A DNA stretch of 64,000 bases from Bdellovibrionales bacterium (GTDB lineage: Bacteria; Bdellovibrionota; Bdellovibrionia; Bdellovibrionales; UBA1609): contig JALZUS010000027.1 in NCBI GenBank assembly GCA_023299885.1, forward strand, positions 16,021 to 80,020, written 5' to 3'. Positions 63,479 to 64,000 of this stretch are shown one piece after another; the stretch's first letter is position 1; the number at the start of each line of letters is the position of its first letter. The position numbers and the translations under genes were made by a program. The notes under the pieces were generated by a model. It was not told where the DNA came from. It was given only the letters and a program-made list of their open reading frames with translations, and ran no database searches.

Positions 63479-64000
63479 TTAAACGCTCACATCAAAATCA
63501 CGCAAAGCCTCGTTAAGCGAGGTTTTTTTGTTTGTAGATTCTGATCTAAGGCCAATGATAAGGGCGCATTGCACTCCAAAGTCTCCGCCAGGAAATTTTT
63601 TATTAGTTGTGCCAGGAATAACTACAGAGTTTTTAGGGACAAAGCCTTTGTGTTCAATAACATTTACTCCAGAAACATCTAAAATTTTAGTGCTAGCAGT
63701 AATGGTAACTCCAGCGCCCAAAACAGCGCCTTCTTGTATGTGAGCGCCTTCAACAACAATGCAACGGCTACCAACAAAAACATTGTCTTCAATAATAACG
63801 GGGCTTGCTTGTAAGGGTTCTAAAACACCACCAATACCAACGCCACCGGATAGATGCACGTTTTTACCAATCTGTGCGCAAGACCCAACAGTAGCCCATG
63901 TGTCCACCATGGTTCCGCTGCCGACATAGGCGCCAATATTTACATACGAAGGCATAAGTACGGCGCCAGGCTCTACAAAAGCCCCTTTTCTTACAAGTGC
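63479..64000 (-). CDS. dapD: 2,3,4,5-tetrahydropyridine-2,6-dicarboxylate N-succinyltransferase (N-terminus beyond window edge)
   Basis: [58 protein letters not shown] is nearly identical in pattern to E. coli DapD hexapeptide repeats. The frame stays open upstream to base 64000 ([15 protein letters not shown]). Confidence 0.93.
   Translation of the reverse strand, partial: ALVRKGAFVEPGAVLMPSYVNIGAYVGSGTMVDTWATVGSCAQIGKNVHLSGGVGIGGVLEPLQASPVIIEDNVFVGSRCIVVEGAHIQEGAVLGAGVTITASTKILDVSGVNVIEHKGFVPKNSVVIPGTTNKKFPGGDFGVQCALIIGLRSESTNKKTSLNEALRDFDVSV

Noticed and set aside
1-64000. Scan for tRNA, rRNA, CRISPR arrays, integrases, transposases, and inverted or direct repeats flanking the accessory-looking genes
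   Set aside because: I recognised none by eye. Intergenic spaces are mostly under 250 nt and contain no T-loop-like GTTCGAA/GGTTCRANYC contexts. tRNAscan-SE, Infernal and a self dot-plot would be needed to exclude them formally.

Overview
AT-rich, very tightly packed chromosomal segment from a diderm (Gram-negative) bacterium. Diderm status is supported by an Omp85/TamB pair, a LolC/E-like permease, a lipobox lipoprotein and C-terminal-Phe outer-membrane barrels. I count about 55 protein-coding genes. Reading by eye, I found no rRNA, tRNA, CRISPR array, transposase or integrase.

Most of the window is core housekeeping:
- mutL-miaA, yicC-gmk-rpoZ-spoT and cdd
- fumC, ettA, map, ahcY and orn
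- efp, ruvCAB and purB
- a peptidoglycan-recycling block, ldcA / beta-lactamase-fold protein / mpl
- mutS, ffh and dapD (cut by the window edge)

Lineage-specific genes sit between these, and they are the ones worth a second look:
- a signal-peptide protein with about 37-aa helical repeats and a RAP/DUF559-like PD-(D/E)xK C-terminus, divergently paired with a 1270-aa orphan membrane protein
- a secreted tyrosinase-like protein with two (HHG)3 histidine modules and a coiled-coil tail
- a TPPII-like 1162-aa S8 lipoprotein
- a histone-H1-like poly-Lys tail fused to a SWIB domain
- a membrane-anchored MutS domain-V paralogue
- a LolC/E-like gene whose conserved N-terminus has no ATG/GTG/TTG start; a probable ATT start overlaps the ffh stop

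Gene content and style resemble Bdellovibrio-like or Oligoflexia organisms. That is inference only. No homology search was run, so every family assignment rests on motifs read from the translations.
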